In this document: in pieces, positions 41,625 to 54,137 of the stretch
How the letters are laid out: each line of letters starts with the position of its first letter
Position numbering within the stretch: the stretch's first letter is position 1
DNA from: an uncultured delta proteobacterium
GTDB taxonomy: Bacteria; Desulfobacterota; Syntrophobacteria; Syntrophobacterales; Syntrophobacteraceae
Reading direction: 5' to 3'
DNA: 64,000 nt
Assembly: GCA_963808625.1 (NCBI GenBank)
Contig: CAWEHK010000054.1
Span: 30,051 to 94,050 of the forward strand
Translations under genes and position numbers: made by a program
Notes under the pieces: generated by a model
Seen by the model: the letters and a program-made list of their open reading frames with translations, nothing else
Databases searched by the model: none
Told to the model about the DNA's origin: nothing

Positions 41625-43898
41625 GCCTCACCCGCTATCGGAAATTGAATGATAAAGTTTGACCCCTCGCCTTCCACCGTTTCCACGCGGATGTCGCCAT
41701 CGTAATCCTGGACGATGCCGTAGCTGATGGCCAGGCCCAGGCCCGTGCCCCGGCCCACTTTCTTGGTGGTGAAGAAAGGATCGAAAATCTTGTCGAGCAC
41801 CGCTGCCGGGATGCCGGTTCCGGTGTCCCCGATTTCAATGATGACCGTGCCGCTCCGAGCGCTCGTCTTGAGCGTGATCTTCTTGGACAGGCTTCTTTCT
41901 CCTGTCTTTTCAATCTTCTCTTCGATGGCATCGCGGGCATTGATGAGCAGGTTGATGAACACCTGTTCGAGGCGGTTGGAGTTGGCCAAAACCGGTGGAA
42001 GGTTCGCCTGCAACTCTCTTATGACTTCAATTTCCCTGAGTTTCAACTGCTGGCTGAAAATGTCCACGGCTTTTTCCAGGGCTTCATTGACCTGGACGGC
42101 TTCTTTTTTGACTTCGGACTTGCGCCCGAATTCCCGCAGATGATTGATAATTTTGGACGCGCGATCGACATGGCTGTCGATTTCTTCCGCCATCGTGCGC
42201 AGGATCGCCTCCTTGATGGCCTCTTCCTTTTTCACTTTCTTGATCAGAAAGCCGCTCGCCGTCTTGATTACCGAAAGCGGCTGATTCAATTCGTGGGCGA
42301 TGCCCGTGGCCATCTCGCCGAGCGTGGCCATCTTGCTGGCCTGGATCAGCTGCTGCTCGGCCAGGAGCCTCTTGGTGATATCGCTCGAAGTAACCAGCAG
42401 CGCACTCTTACCAAGATACTCGGAGGGCGAGATACGCATGTCGGTATAGATGACTCGGCCGTCTTTGGTCACCTGCCGCACCTGGCTCAGCGCATCGCCG
42501 GTCTTGATCTCCCGCGCATAGCGCTGGCGCTCGCCGGCTTCAAACAGGTCCAGAAAAGGAGTCATCAGGACCTCCTCCTTCTTCAACCCATAGATGGCGG
42601 CAACGCCGTCATTGCAGTCGAGGACCGTCAGAGAGAGGCTATCGAGGACGAAAACGGCACTGGGTATGTTCTTGAAAATAACGCGATACTTTTCCTCCGA
42701 CTTCCGGATCTCTTCTTCCAGGCGCTTCATCTCAGTAATATCCAGGCTCGTCTCCATCACGGCGGCGATGTTCCCGTCCTCATCCCGGATGGGCGAGGTC
42801 CGGACAATCCAGTGCGACAGCGCGCCGTCTTTGGTGACTCCCATCTCCTCACTCGCATGAGGCTGGCCGTCTTCGAAGGTCCGGATTACCGGGCACTGTT
42901 CGCACCGCTCCGTCCGCCCTTTGTAGGCTTCGTAGCAGTACTCGCCGGGATGAGGGGCGAACTTCTCGATATATTCCCGGTTGTAGCGAAGGAGCCTCAG
43001 GTTCCGGTCCTGCACCGTAATATAGCATGGCACCAGTTCAAACAATTCCTGGTATTCCCGCCGCTGAAGGTCCAATTCCTCCTGTTTTTCGCTGATCTTC
43101 CGGCCCATTTGATCAATAGCCGAGGCCAGCTGGCCGATTTCATCCTCTCTTTCGGATGCCATTTCGCTGTGGAATTGGCCGCGGCCGATGAGGCGCGTCC
43201 AGGAGATCAGCTTCTTGATGGGGCGGTTGACGAAAATCATGAGAAAGACGCCGATCATGGCCGAAGTCGCCAGGAAACTGAATACCGCCAACAGGATGAT
43301 CCTCGTTTTGTAGGCGAGGATGCCGCGGTCCGTATTTTCGAGAGACATCACGACGTCGAGGGCGCCCAGAACTTTTTTGTCCGGAGGATGAACGTGGCAG
43401 GGACCGGGGGAACAAGCGGCCTCATTGTAGATGGGACTGATGATTCCGATCAGGCGATGGTCGCCGCGAAGTCTCGATAATGCGCGTGCGTGACTGGATA
43501 TCGACCGCTTCCAGGGGGGGATCGGTCCGGTGACAGATATCGCAGGCCTCTGCCTTGATGCTGGTCACCTGATCCACTTCTTCGGACTTGTTGGAAAATT
43601 TTATCTGCCCTTGCTTGTTATAAATGCGAACATTTTCAATCCCCTGTTGGCGACCGATATTTTTGATGATCTCGTTGATATCTTCCCGTGAATTGAGCAT
43701 CATGGCGTAGTGAGTGCCGAGTTTGATGGTATTACCCAGCCGGTCGACTTCTTCAACAATGCCGTCAATAGCATTTTTTTTCTGGTATTCGATATTGAAA
43801 TAGGCCCAGGTAGATATGCTTACAAATAGAATCAATCCAACCAGAAGTATAAGCCTCGAAATAAGGCTGTGATAGATATTGCTGAATCGGTTCGACAT
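41621..43898 (-). CDS. Membrane sensor kinase (periplasmic heme-c-like motifs, HAMP, two PAS), frameshifted near 43440
   Basis: TM helix, ACDICH and C..PCHVH, HAMP DEIGQL, HELNQPL and FDPFFTTK. Confidence 0.9.
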
Positions 43899-43994
43899 CG
43901 CCTGTCGCCTGTCTCTCGATCGTATTTGGGTGAAGATCTCTTGAAATTTTCATGGTAGGACATGGTTGCGTCCCCACCAGCAGCCTGCCCCAAA

Positions 43995-44119
43995 AAACTG
44001 TCCAAAAACAAGTTGCACTCATTTCAGCCCCTTTCGAACCACGAAGATCACGAAGAAATCACTTCGTGTCCTTCGTGATCTTCGTGGTAAGAGAAGGCTT
44101 TTTAATTTTGGACGCGCCC
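43995..44119. mobile_element. MITE-like element, copy 2 (inverted relative to 28366-28484)
   Basis: ACTGTCCAAAAACAAGTTGCACTCATTTCAGCCC...TTTTGGACGCGCCC. Confidence 0.65.
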
Positions 44120-45022
44120 TACCGGGATGGCTCACGTCATTCAAAAAAACCCGTCCCTGCTGTAATTTTTTCTGCAGCGGGCGGGTGAAGACAAAGTTCG
44201 ATTTCAGTTTCAGTTCCTCTTCGGAAAGCCCAAGCGCCAACCCGATGAACTGCGGCAGATAGAGAATCGATACGGTCAGGTCCTCACCGGCGATCTTGGA
44301 GGCCTTGGACTGGTAGCTATCGAGATTCATCTGGCACATGGGGCAGATGGTGACGATGCAGTCAGCCCCCTTCGCTGCCTTCAGGATGCGCCCCACCGCG
44401 TCCAGGGCGGCTTCCTTTTTCGTTGTCATCAGGCCGGCGCCGCAGCACCTGGGACCCATCGACCACCGGTGAACTTCGGCCCCAAGCGCCTCGATGAGCG
44501 GTTCCATGGATTTCGGCTCCTCGGGATCATCGAAGGTGGCATAAGGGCGAAGAGCCTGGCAGCCATAGTATGGGGCAACCGCAGTCCGGCAAGCGAGTGT
44601 TTTGCCCGCTCGCGGACCATTTCAGGGCCGATGTCGTTGGCCAGCACATCCAGGAGATGGCGGACCCTGATGCCGCCCTGATAGACCAGCTGTTCCTCCG
44701 CCAGAACTTGATTGATGTCCCTCAGCAATTTGTCATTCTGTTTGACCTGGTCTTCAACCTTTTGCAGATTCAAGTAGCAGGCACTGCAAGGGACCAGGAA
44801 GTCGGCCTTGAGCGCGGTTCGCTCAGCCAGGGCGAGGTTGCGCGCGGGAAGGACCATGGCCAGGAGGTAGCTGACCGCGTCGCCGGCGCTCGCCCCGCAG
44901 CAGGTCCAGTCTTCCAGCTCCAGCAGCTCCCCTCCCAGAGCGCGCATAACCGCTCGCGTCGAGGCATCGTATTCGATTGCGGTGCCTTCCAGCGAGCAGC
45001 CGGGGTAATAAAAGTATTTCAT
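44019..45022 (-). CDS. hdrB: Heterodisulfide reductase subunit B, frameshifted; the true stop is probably near 44141
   Basis: YYPGCSLE, DWTCCGA, PCSACY, CCGAG and ICPMCQMNLD (CCG domains). Confidence 0.92.
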
Positions 45023-45597
45023 GAACGTGCCTCCAGTTCCCGCACCTTTTGATAGATTGCCTCCAGTTTCCCCTTGCCGGAAAAGGTCGGCATTTGCGGT
45101 GCAATTTTCCCCTTAACCATCAGCTTTATCCCCAGACGAGTGAAGCCGATGGGGGTAATGGGATTCTTGAGGGAGAGAAAATACCGGGTCATCATCTCCA
45201 TTTCCCTCACTCGTCCATAGCGCCGAACGGTATCGAGGAAGGTTTGGTAGAACAGGGGACTTTTCTTGTCGATGGCCAGTCCTTCCGCAACGGCCAGGCG
45301 CTTCAGGGCGCCGATGGTCTCCGTCAGGGGCAGGCCCCGCGGGCAGCGCAGCGTGCAGTAGTAGCAGCTTGAGCAAAGCCAGAAGGTCTTGCTGTTAAAG
45401 ATGTCCTCCTTGAGACCCAGCAGCACCATTCGCCACAATTGCCGTGGGGTAACGTCCATGGCATGGGCATTGGGGCAGGAACCGGTGCAGGTGCCACATT
45501 GCATGCAGGCGCTCACGTTTTCCCAAATTGCCAGCATGGGATCGGCGCCGGCCGATGCCGGGGCCCCTGCCGGCGCGTCGGATTTATGGGAACTCAT
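45019..45597 (-). CDS. hdrC: Heterodisulfide reductase subunit C
   Basis: CMQCGTCTGSCP and WLCSSCYYCTLRCPRG. Confidence 0.92.
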   Translation of the reverse strand: MSSHKSDAPAGAPASAGADPMLAIWENVSACMQCGTCTGSCPNAHAMDVTPRQLWRMVLLGLKEDIFNSKTFWLCSSCYYCTLRCPRGLPLTETIGALKRLAVAEGLAIDKKSPLFYQTFLDTVRRYGRVREMEMMTRYFLSLKNPITPIGFTRLGIKLMVKGKIAPQMPTFSGKGKLEAIYQKVRELEARS

Positions 45598-45702
45598 GGT
45601 TGCAGTCTCCTCTCAGTCTGTGGGGCAGGCTTTCCAGCCTGCAAGCCTCCAGGCAGGCTGGAAAGCCTGCCCCACACTCAGGCATCAATCATGGTTTATC
45701 AA

Positions 45703-48700
45703 TCAAAAAATCTCCTCCAGAGCGGCATCGAGCACCGCATGGATCTGCTGGTCCTTGAACCCGCGCAGCACCGAAGCACTGTTGGGGCAAACGGCGGCAC
45801 ACGTTCCGCAGCCCTGGCACATGAGCTCGTTGACCAGGATGCGCTCCTCTTCTTCATCGCGATAGCGGGCCCCATAGGGACAGGCTGCCATACACCGTTC
45901 ACAGAGGGAACAAAGGCTATGGCGGACTTCGGCGGCGATACTGCCGCCGGCAACCATTCTCCGGCTGAGCAGCACCAGAGCGCGCTGCGCTGCCGCTTCC
46001 GCCGTGGCAATTGATTCGGTAAGGGAGCGGGGGGAGTGGGCAAGGCCACAGGTATAAATTCCTTCCTTGACAAAGTCCACCGGCCGCCACTTGGACTCGG
46101 CTTCCTGGAAGAAGCCATCCTGGTTCAGCGCGACGCCGAAGACCTCCGCGAGGTGTCCCTGCGCCTCCGGCACGATGCCGGTGCTGAGGACCAGGAGATC
46201 CGCCTCGAAGGTGATCTCACGGCCAAGGATGGGGTCCCGGGCGGTCACCGAAAGGCGGCCGTCTGCCACTGCTGCCCGGGGCTTTTCATCCACCTCATAC
46301 TGAACAAAGAGCACGCCCGATTTACGCGCCTGGGTGTAATAAGTCTCGAGGAAACCGTAGGTCATAATGTCCCGGTAGAAGATGGTGATGTCGACCTCCG
46401 GGTTCTTTTCCTTCAGATAGAGCGCATTTTTCAGCGCCGAGGCACAGCAGATCCGGCTGCAGTAGTTGCGGCCCTCGATTCTCGAGTCCACGCACTGGAT
46501 CATGACAACTGCTTGCAGACTCTGGGGATCCACTGCACCTTGATGAAGTCTCTCTTCGAGCTCATGCTGGGTGATGACGGCATCGCTTTGGCCGTAGCAA
46601 TAGGATTCCGTTCTGGCTTCACGGGCCCCCGTAGCCAAGACGGTTACGCCGTGATCCAGCAACTCGCCCGTGCCGTCCTCGCTTTCGATGGTCGTGAGGA
46701 AATGCCCCACCTGACCCTGCGAATGGATGATCCGGGTGTTCTTGTGGAGGTGGATGTGCGGATGCCCCGTGACCCTGGCAATGGTCTTTTGCAGCAGGTC
46801 CTGGGGCGAGGGGCCCTCGAGGGTGCGGTAAAGATTCCGCAAATTGCCCCCCAGTTCGCCACTCCGTTCCACGAGGTTCACCTCGAAACCATGGTCGGCA
46901 ATGGCCAGTGCCGCGCTCATACCCGCGAGACCGCCGCCCACCACGAGGGCCTTTTGAACCATTTCCGTGGTGGCGTGGAGGACGGCATCCATCCCCTGGA
47001 GTCTGGCCAGCCCCATATGCAAAGCGGTCTGGATTTCCCGCCTGAGTTGCACCGGCTCGAGGTTGTGCCCGGGAAAGGCCGGGGTCCGAATGTCAATGAC
47101 CTCCATGAGGCTCGGCTGGAGTCCGATCGCTTCCCCCAGTTCCCGCAGTTTTCTCGCATAGAGATAGGGCAGACAGGCCCCGATCAGGACGCGGTTCGAC
47201 CGCCCGCCCTGGAGCGCTTCCTGCAGCTCAGCCCAGCCTTCCCGAGTGCAGAGCCGCTCGATGGGGAAGACCTGGCTCCCTGGAACGGAACGCTCCATTT
47301 CTGCCGCCAAAGCAGTGAGGCCGGCCGCGTCCATGATGGTGCCGCCGCAATTGCAGAGCGCGATCGCCACTCGCGGAAGCTCCCGGGAGACATCACGAAA
47401 GAGGTCTTGAGGGCTCTTTACCTCGGCCAGGCCGCCCCCTTTTGCGTGGATCAGCGTCGATGCCGCAAGCGAGGATGAACTTGCCTGAATGACCGATTCG
47501 GAAATGTCTTTCAGACCGGAGAATGAGCCGCTGACCAGCACACCCTCGGAGCCCGTGAGGCTGGTCGAAAAGTCTTTGACTTTGCAGAACCCCCACTGAT
47601 TGAGCTCCATTCCGGTCAGCTCGGCGAGGGCTTCCATCCCCGCTGAGGGCCTTTGACCGGTGGCGAGCACCACGAGATCGAAAATTTCATCGTGCATGAC
47701 GCCGGCCAGGTCGGTGTAGGACAGTCTCAGGTCCCCTGCGGGACCCAATGGTTCAACCGTATGCACCCGGCTTCTCACAAACCGGACCCCGAATTCATTC
47801 TCGGCGCGGTCGCGGTAGCGCTGGAAATCCTTTCCGAAAGTCCGCATATCCATGTAAAAGATCGCGGCATCAACGGCGCTCGCGCCGCGTTCTTTGAGCA
47901 GGAGCGCTTCTTTGATGGAAAACATGCAGCAGATGGAAGAACAGTAATCGGCATCATCATTGAGGCTTCGCGATCCCACGCACTGCAGCCAGGCCACCTT
48001 GCGCACCTCCTTGCCGTCGCTCGGTCGCAGGACTTGCCCTCCGGTCGGGCCCGTGCCGCTGATCAGCCGCTCAAATTCGATGCTCGTCAGGACATTGGGC
48101 AATTCACCGTAGCCATAAGTGTTTTTCCCGGTTTTTGGATCAAAGGAACCGAACCCGGCAGCCAGGATCACCGCCCCCACTTCGATCTCGCGCTCGGTAA
48201 CGCGTTGAATGCTCCGGAAGCGCTGCACGACCATCGACACCAGGGCTTCGATGTCGAAGGGCTTCAGCAAATAATCGATAGCCCCAAGCTTCATTGCTTC
48301 CACGGCGTTTTCCACGGTCGCGTAAGCGGTCATCATCGCCACCGGGAGGTCCGGGCGCATCTCCTTTGCCCGCCTGAAGACCTCGACGCCATCCATGCCC
48401 GGCATCTTGACGTCCAGCAGCATCAGGTTGAATTCCTGGCGGGCGATCTTCTCGAGCGCTTCGGCCCCGGACCCGGCCATTTCCACACTGAAGCCCTCAT
48501 CTTCGAGCCACTCCTTGACCGAGTCGCGGACCACCAGTTCATCGTCCACAACCAGCACGTGGAAGGTCTTGCGAAGATCCAGCTGGAGATCGATGGCCCC
48601 GGTCGGGCACACCTTTTCGCACTCTCCGCACCGTTTGCAGGCTGCCAAATCAAGCACATAGTGATTGGGGAGGTTGTGCGGTACCGGGAGGTAGATGGCC

Positions 48701-49132
48701 TTCCGCATGCTGAGGCCGGCGTTGAACTCGTCCGGGACCTCGGCCGGGCAGACGCGGGAACACTCACCGCAGCCGATGCAGCGCGCGGGGTCGACCTTGT
48801 TGAGCTGGTAGCGCAGGCGTGGCCCGGAATTTTCCCGGTTCTCCCTCGAGGCCGATGAGCTCCGTCTCCAGCATGATATCGATGTTCTCGTGGAAGAGCC
48901 CCCTCCGCAAACAGTACTGGGAAGCAGCGTCGCGCTCCACCAGCGGCAGCATTTTGCACATGCCGCAGTGGTCATTCGGGAACTGGTAGTCGAGCTGCCT
49001 CAGGGTGCCACCAAGATTGGGCGCCTTATCGACAAGCGTCACCCGGTAACCCAGCTCTGCCAAATCCAGAGCGGACCGGATCCCGCTGATCCCGGCTCCC
49101 ACGATCAAAGCTGAGCCAATTTTCTTATCCAT
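45703..49132 (-). CDS. hdrA: HdrA-like flavoprotein (two FAD modules) with an inserted response-regulator receiver domain; frameshifted near 48830
   Basis: GAGISG, ferredoxin insert, REC domain, QCVGSR..YCSSICC, IFYMDMRTFGK, second GGGLAG module, and a C-terminal ferredoxin. Confidence 0.9.
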
Positions 49133-49146
49133 AGCTGCAACCCTTC

Positions 49147-50292
49147 CTAATCCTTCCCGCCCGTGACTTCGGAGAATTCCTTCTCACGGAATGCCGACAA
49201 CGGAGGCTCATCTTCAAGGCTGCGGCCAGCCTCGTAGTCAAAAGCTCGCTGGGTATAATTGGCGATGGTGCGGAAGAGTTCCATGACGGGAATATTGTTG
49301 GGACATGCGTTGGAACACTGGCCACAGCCAATGCACGCCGTGCTCATGTGAGCCAGCCTGGTCAGATGGTAAAATACGGTGTCCGTCGGCATCTTGAGGA
49401 TGCCTTTGCGCCTAGCCCAGCGCAGATACTGTGACGGTTCGTGATCGAAGACATCGGTGACAAAAACGCATTCCTTGCAGTAACACACCGGACAGGCCAC
49501 CCGGCAGTTGTAGCAATTGACGCAGCCGCTGAGGTAGCTCATGAGCCTGTCCAGGTCCTTAGTCGCTTCACTGGTCTCGAGAAACATCTCATCCCGATAG
49601 GCGGCGCGTTCCGCCAGCAGTTCCGCGATGGCGGCTTTTCGGCCTGCGGGTGGCTGCCCTTCGGGTAATCCCAACTTGTCCAGGAGCGCCTCCCCGGCCG
49701 GAGATCCGGCTTCGACACTCAGACTGCTGTTGATATCACCTCCCAGCAGGCCGATGAGCACATCCGCGTTTTCCGGGATAGGGTGGTCACAGGCCTTGCA
49801 TGCCGGGGATAGATCGAAATCCTCGAAGGCCGTGCCTTTGCCCTGAGCAATGTTCTGATAGAACCTGAGGGTGGATGCCGCGCCGTTGGCCCCGGCAAAC
49901 CCTGCATAGTTGACATTGCTGTAAGCGCCAAGGCAGTCCACCCCAATCAGCAGAATCTCCTCGACGCTCCCCTGTTTCAGCTTCACCAGTTCGATGAAGG
50001 CCCTGATTTCGCAGGGTCGAAGAACTACGGCAAGACGGCTGCCGATAGGCTTGCGCGACAGTTTCGACACCACTTTCGCGGCGTTGATCGGGAATGCGGG
50101 CGCCAGGGGATCGATGCCGTCAAGCCTTTCCGGGTCGGTCACCAGCATCGGCATGACCGTGTTTCTCCCCGGAAGATGCTGGGCCGCCAGCAGGCCGGCA
50201 AATTCTCCCGACTCGAGCAGCGCCTTGAAAAAGGTCCTCAGGGAGGCAACCGGATCCTGGTCTTTTACCTCAATTTTCATTACCTTGCTCAT
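49147..50292 (-). CDS. FrhB/FdhB-like Fe-S subunit
   Basis: LRPCEIRA, CKACDHP, CVNCYNCRVACPVCYCKEC and CIGCGQCSNACP. Confidence 0.85.
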   Translation of the reverse strand: MSKVMKIEVKDQDPVASLRTFFKALLESGEFAGLLAAQHLPGRNTVMPMLVTDPERLDGIDPLAPAFPINAAKVVSKLSRKPIGSRLAVVLRPCEIRAFIELVKLKQGSVEEILLIGVDCLGAYSNVNYAGFAGANGAASTLRFYQNIAQGKGTAFEDFDLSPACKACDHPIPENADVLIGLLGGDINSSLSVEAGSPAGEALLDKLGLPEGQPPAGRKAAIAELLAERAAYRDEMFLETSEATKDLDRLMSYLSGCVNCYNCRVACPVCYCKECVFVTDVFDHEPSQYLRWARRKGILKMPTDTVFYHLTRLAHMSTACIGCGQCSNACPNNIPVMELFRTIANYTQRAFDYEAGRSLEDEPPLSAFREKEFSEVTGGKD

Positions 50293-50330
50293 GGCTTTTC
50301 TCCAACCTGTTCCAGAATTCCGGAGGGCAA

Positions 50331-50753
50331 TCAAATTACCATCTGCTTACGCGTTGCATTGGGGCCGAGCGCTTTGACCTCAGCCACCAGCTCCCTGATC
50401 GTCCTGGCAAAATCGATCCCCTCACTGGCGCCAATCCAGGTCATCTTCAGCCGGCCCTCATCAAAACCAAACCTCGGCAGGATTTCCTTCAGGAGTTTTA
50501 TCCGCCGCCGCGCCTTGAGATTGCCGTTGATGTAGTGGCAGTCTCCCGGGTGGCAGCCGCTGATGAGCACCGCGTCCGCCCCTTCCAGCAAGGCTTTGAT
50601 TACGTACTTGGGGTCCACCATCCCCGTGCACATCATCCGGATCATGCGCACGTTGAACGGCTGAATCAGCCGTGAGGTCCCCGCCAGATCGGCTGCGGTA
50701 TAGGTGCACCAGTTGCACACGAACGCGATGATCGTGGGTTCATAGCCTTCCAT
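50331..50753 (-). CDS. mvhD: MvhD-type [2Fe-2S] subunit
   Basis: FVCNWCTYTAADLAG, MCTGMVDP and GCHPGDCHY. Confidence 0.95.
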   Translation of the reverse strand: MEGYEPTIIAFVCNWCTYTAADLAGTSRLIQPFNVRMIRMMCTGMVDPKYVIKALLEGADAVLISGCHPGDCHYINGNLKARRRIKLLKEILPRFGFDEGRLKMTWIGASEGIDFARTIRELVAEVKALGPNATRKQMVI

Positions 50754-50766
50754 AGGTTCCTCCATC

Positions 50767-53700
50767 TCAGATAGCATCCAGCATGCCTTCGATTTCTGCG
50801 AAGACCTGCCTGGCCGTGAAATGTTTGATGCGCGCCGCGCCGCTGGGGCAAAAACCCGAACAGCTTCCGCAACCCTTGCACACCGCCTCGTTTACCACCG
50901 AGACCCCCCGGCGCTCATCAAACTCGATGGCCGAGTAGGCGCACAGTTTGATGCAGGTCTGACAACCCGCGCACACATCGGGGTCGATCCAGGAAGTGGT
51001 GGGAGAGATTTCAACCTTCCCGAAGGTAGCCAGAGCGAGCGCCTGTGCTGCGGCGCCCGAAGCATGGGAGACCGTATCGGGAATGTCTTTCGGTCCCTGG
51101 CAGGCGCCGGCCAGAAAGATGCCGTCGGTAGCCGTGGTCATCGGCCCAAGCTTGGGGTGTTCTTCCAGGAAAAAGCCGTCCCCTCCCTGGTTGATGCCGA
51201 AGACCCTGGCCACATCCGAGGCGTCCTCCCGCTGTTGCATGGCCGTGCACAGCACCACCATGTCCACCGGAACGCGCAGGCGTCTCCCCAGCAGGGTATC
51301 TTCCGCAACCACAACGAGCTTGCCCTGCTCGGCCGGGGCTTCCGGCTGATCGGTGATTTCTGCCGGCCTTCCCCGAATGAAGGTAACTCCCTCTTCCTGC
51401 AGCCTTCGGTAAAACTCCTCGTAGCCTTTTCCGAAGCAGCGCATATCGATGTAGAAATTGTAAACGCGGGTATCGTGCCCGACCTTCTCCTTGATCAGGT
51501 GGCCGTACTTCAGCGCATACATACAGCAGACGCGGGAGCAGTATTCGTGAAAGTTGACATCGCGGCTGCCCACGCAGTGAACGATGGCAACGCTGCCCGG
51601 GCTTCCTGCCGTCCTTCATCAGGATTTGCCCGCCGGTTGGTCCCACGGCGTTGTTCAAGCGTTCGAATTCGAGGCCGGTATAGACCTCCTCAAAGCGCCC
51701 ATAGCCATATTGCTTGAGCGGCGTGGGGTCCATGATGTCGAAGCCGGTGGCAAGAACGATGGTGCCCACCTTCACCTCCAGGTCCTGGGCGCTCATGCTG
51801 TGGTCTACGGCATTGCGCTCACAGGCCTTGACGCATTCCAGGCATTCCGAGCAAACCATGCAGTTGAGACACTTGTGAGCCTCCGCCTGGGCTTGTTCCT
51901 CGGTGAGACCCAGCTCGACTTCCTCAAAACCGGTTCGTCTTTGATCCATGGAAATGGTCGCCATCTGGGCCCGGGGTTGTATTGGAAGAGCTTCCGGCAA
52001 CGGCGAGAAATCCTCCTGCGGCACGGTAACGGGTTCGCGACCGGCTCGCAGGTCTTCTCCTTTGAGGAACCTGGAAATCGAGATGGCGGCTTCTTTCCCC
52101 TGGGCCACGGCGCTGATCGCAATCCAGGGCCCGGATTGGGCGTCACCGCCGGCAAAGACCCCTTCCCGGCTGGTGGCAAAGGTGACGGGATCGGTCTCGA
52201 TGGTTCCCTTGCGGCTGAGGGTCAAGCCTTCGCCATTCGCCAGGAAAAGCGAATCCGGCGCTTGCCCGATGGCCGGGATGATCCAGTCCGCCTCGACCTC
52301 GAACTCACTCCCGGCTACCGGTACCGGACGCCTCCTTCCCGAAGCATCCGGCTCGCCCAGTTCCATCCGAAGACACTGCATGCCGGTTGCCCTGCCATCC
52401 CTGGTGAGCACCTGCGACGGCGCGGTCAGATACTGGATTTCGACGCCCTCGGCCAGGGCGTCTTCAACTTCGTTTTCGCGAGCCGGCATTTCCCGGCGGG
52501 TACGACGATAGAATATGCTCACCTTCGAGGCGCCCAGTCGCGTAGCCACCCGTGCCGCATCGATGGCCACATCACCACCGCCGACAATGATCACTTTGCC
52601 TTGTATCCCGGGGAAGTTCACCAAGGTTGGCCCGGCGCAGGAACTCAACACCATGCATCACCCCGTCGGCATCCTCACCGGGAACATTCAGCTTGTGGCT
52701 GCGGTGGGCGCCGATCCCCACGTAGACCGCCCGGTACCCCTGAGCAAACAGATCATCGATGGTGAAGTCTTTGCCGAGAGCGGTGTTGAACCTGGTATCC
52801 ACGCCGAGCCGGGTGATCGCCCGAATCTCTTTGTCCAGGACCGCCGGCGGCAGCCGGTAGTCGGGGATGCCCACCCGCAGCATGCCGCCCGCGACGGGAA
52901 GGGCCTCGAAGATGGTGGTCTGGTAACCATCAAGCGCGAGGAAATAAGCGGCGCTAAGACCGGCGGGACCGGAGCCGATAATCGCCACCTTCTCGTCTCG
53001 CTTTTCAATCTCCGGAATCGGCAACTCTTCAAGATCCACCTGGTCGGCCACGAAGCGTTTCAGAGCGCAGATGGATAAGGGGCTGTCCACCTCGCCTCGG
53101 CGGCAGGCACTCTCGCAGGGATGCGGGCAGATCCGGCCGATAACGCCGGGCAGCGGCAGGTTGCGCATGATGACCTGGAGGGCCTCGACGTATTTTCCCT
53201 GGGCGATCAGGGCCACATAACCATGGGCATTGACCTGGTTGGGACAGGCATTGGTGCAGGGAGAGCGGTCCCGTTTATCGATGCAGAAGGTAATCGGGAC
53301 CGCCTGCGGAAAGTGCCGGTAAATGGCCCGGCGACTGCTGAGGTGCTCATCAAAGCGGTTGGGTGCTGAGACCGGACAAACTTCAACACATAGCCCACAC
53401 CCGGTGCAGCGGTCTTCAATGACATAACGGGGCTTGCGGTGCACCTTGACGCTGAAATTCCCCACAAAACCCTTCACCTCCGTCACTTCACTATACGACA
53501 GCATGTGGATATTCGGACTTTGACTGACGGCCACGGTCTTTGGCGTCGAGATGCAGGCAGCACAGTCCAGAGTCGGAAAGGTCTTATCGAACTGGACCAT
53601 GTGGCCGCCGATGGAAGGTTCCTTTTCGACCAGATAGACCTGGTGACCGGACTTGGCAATATCCAGCGCGGCTTGAATCCCGGCGATCCCGGCGCCGACC

Positions 53701-54137
53701 ACCATGACGTCGGGGTGAACGCTCACTTCACGCCGGATGAGACTCTGGTGAAAATTGACGCGGTTGATTGCTCCGGCCGCAAGGGTCTTGGCCTTGAAGG
53801 TGGCCTCCTCGGCATCTTCCGTCACCCAGGAGCAGTGTTCACGAACACACGCCATCTGAAAGTAGTAGGGGTTGAGCCCAGCCCGTTGACAGGCACCCTG
53901 GAAGGTCTTTTCGTGGAGCCTCGGGGAACAGGAAGCGACGACCACACGGTTCAGCCCCAATTCCCGGATATCCTTCTGGATCATTTCCTGCCCGGGATCG
54001 GAGCACATGAACTTGTAGTCCCGTGCCACCACCACATTCCGCAGGGTGCGAGCAAACACAACCACCTCGTCAGTGCGGACCTTACCGGCGATATTGGTGC
54101 CGCAATGACAGATGTAAAAACCGATTCTCTTTGACAT
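50767..54137 (-). CDS. hdrA: HdrA/HdrL-like protein with an inserted GltD/SudA-type NAD(P)H oxidoreductase module; frameshifted
   Basis: IGFYICHCGTNI, DKTFPTLDC, GRICPHPCE..CRRG, GSGPAG, GGGDVAID and YCSRVCCMYALK. Confidence 0.9.

Noticed and set aside
44019..44140. Extended HdrB C-terminus
   Set aside because: It reads through a T7 homopolymer into a MITE; one fewer T gives a normal stop.
44019..54137. Selenocysteine recoding in Hdr/MvhD
   Set aside because: The Cys motifs I checked are encoded by Cys codons, and the ORF breaks are frameshifts rather than in-frame TGA.
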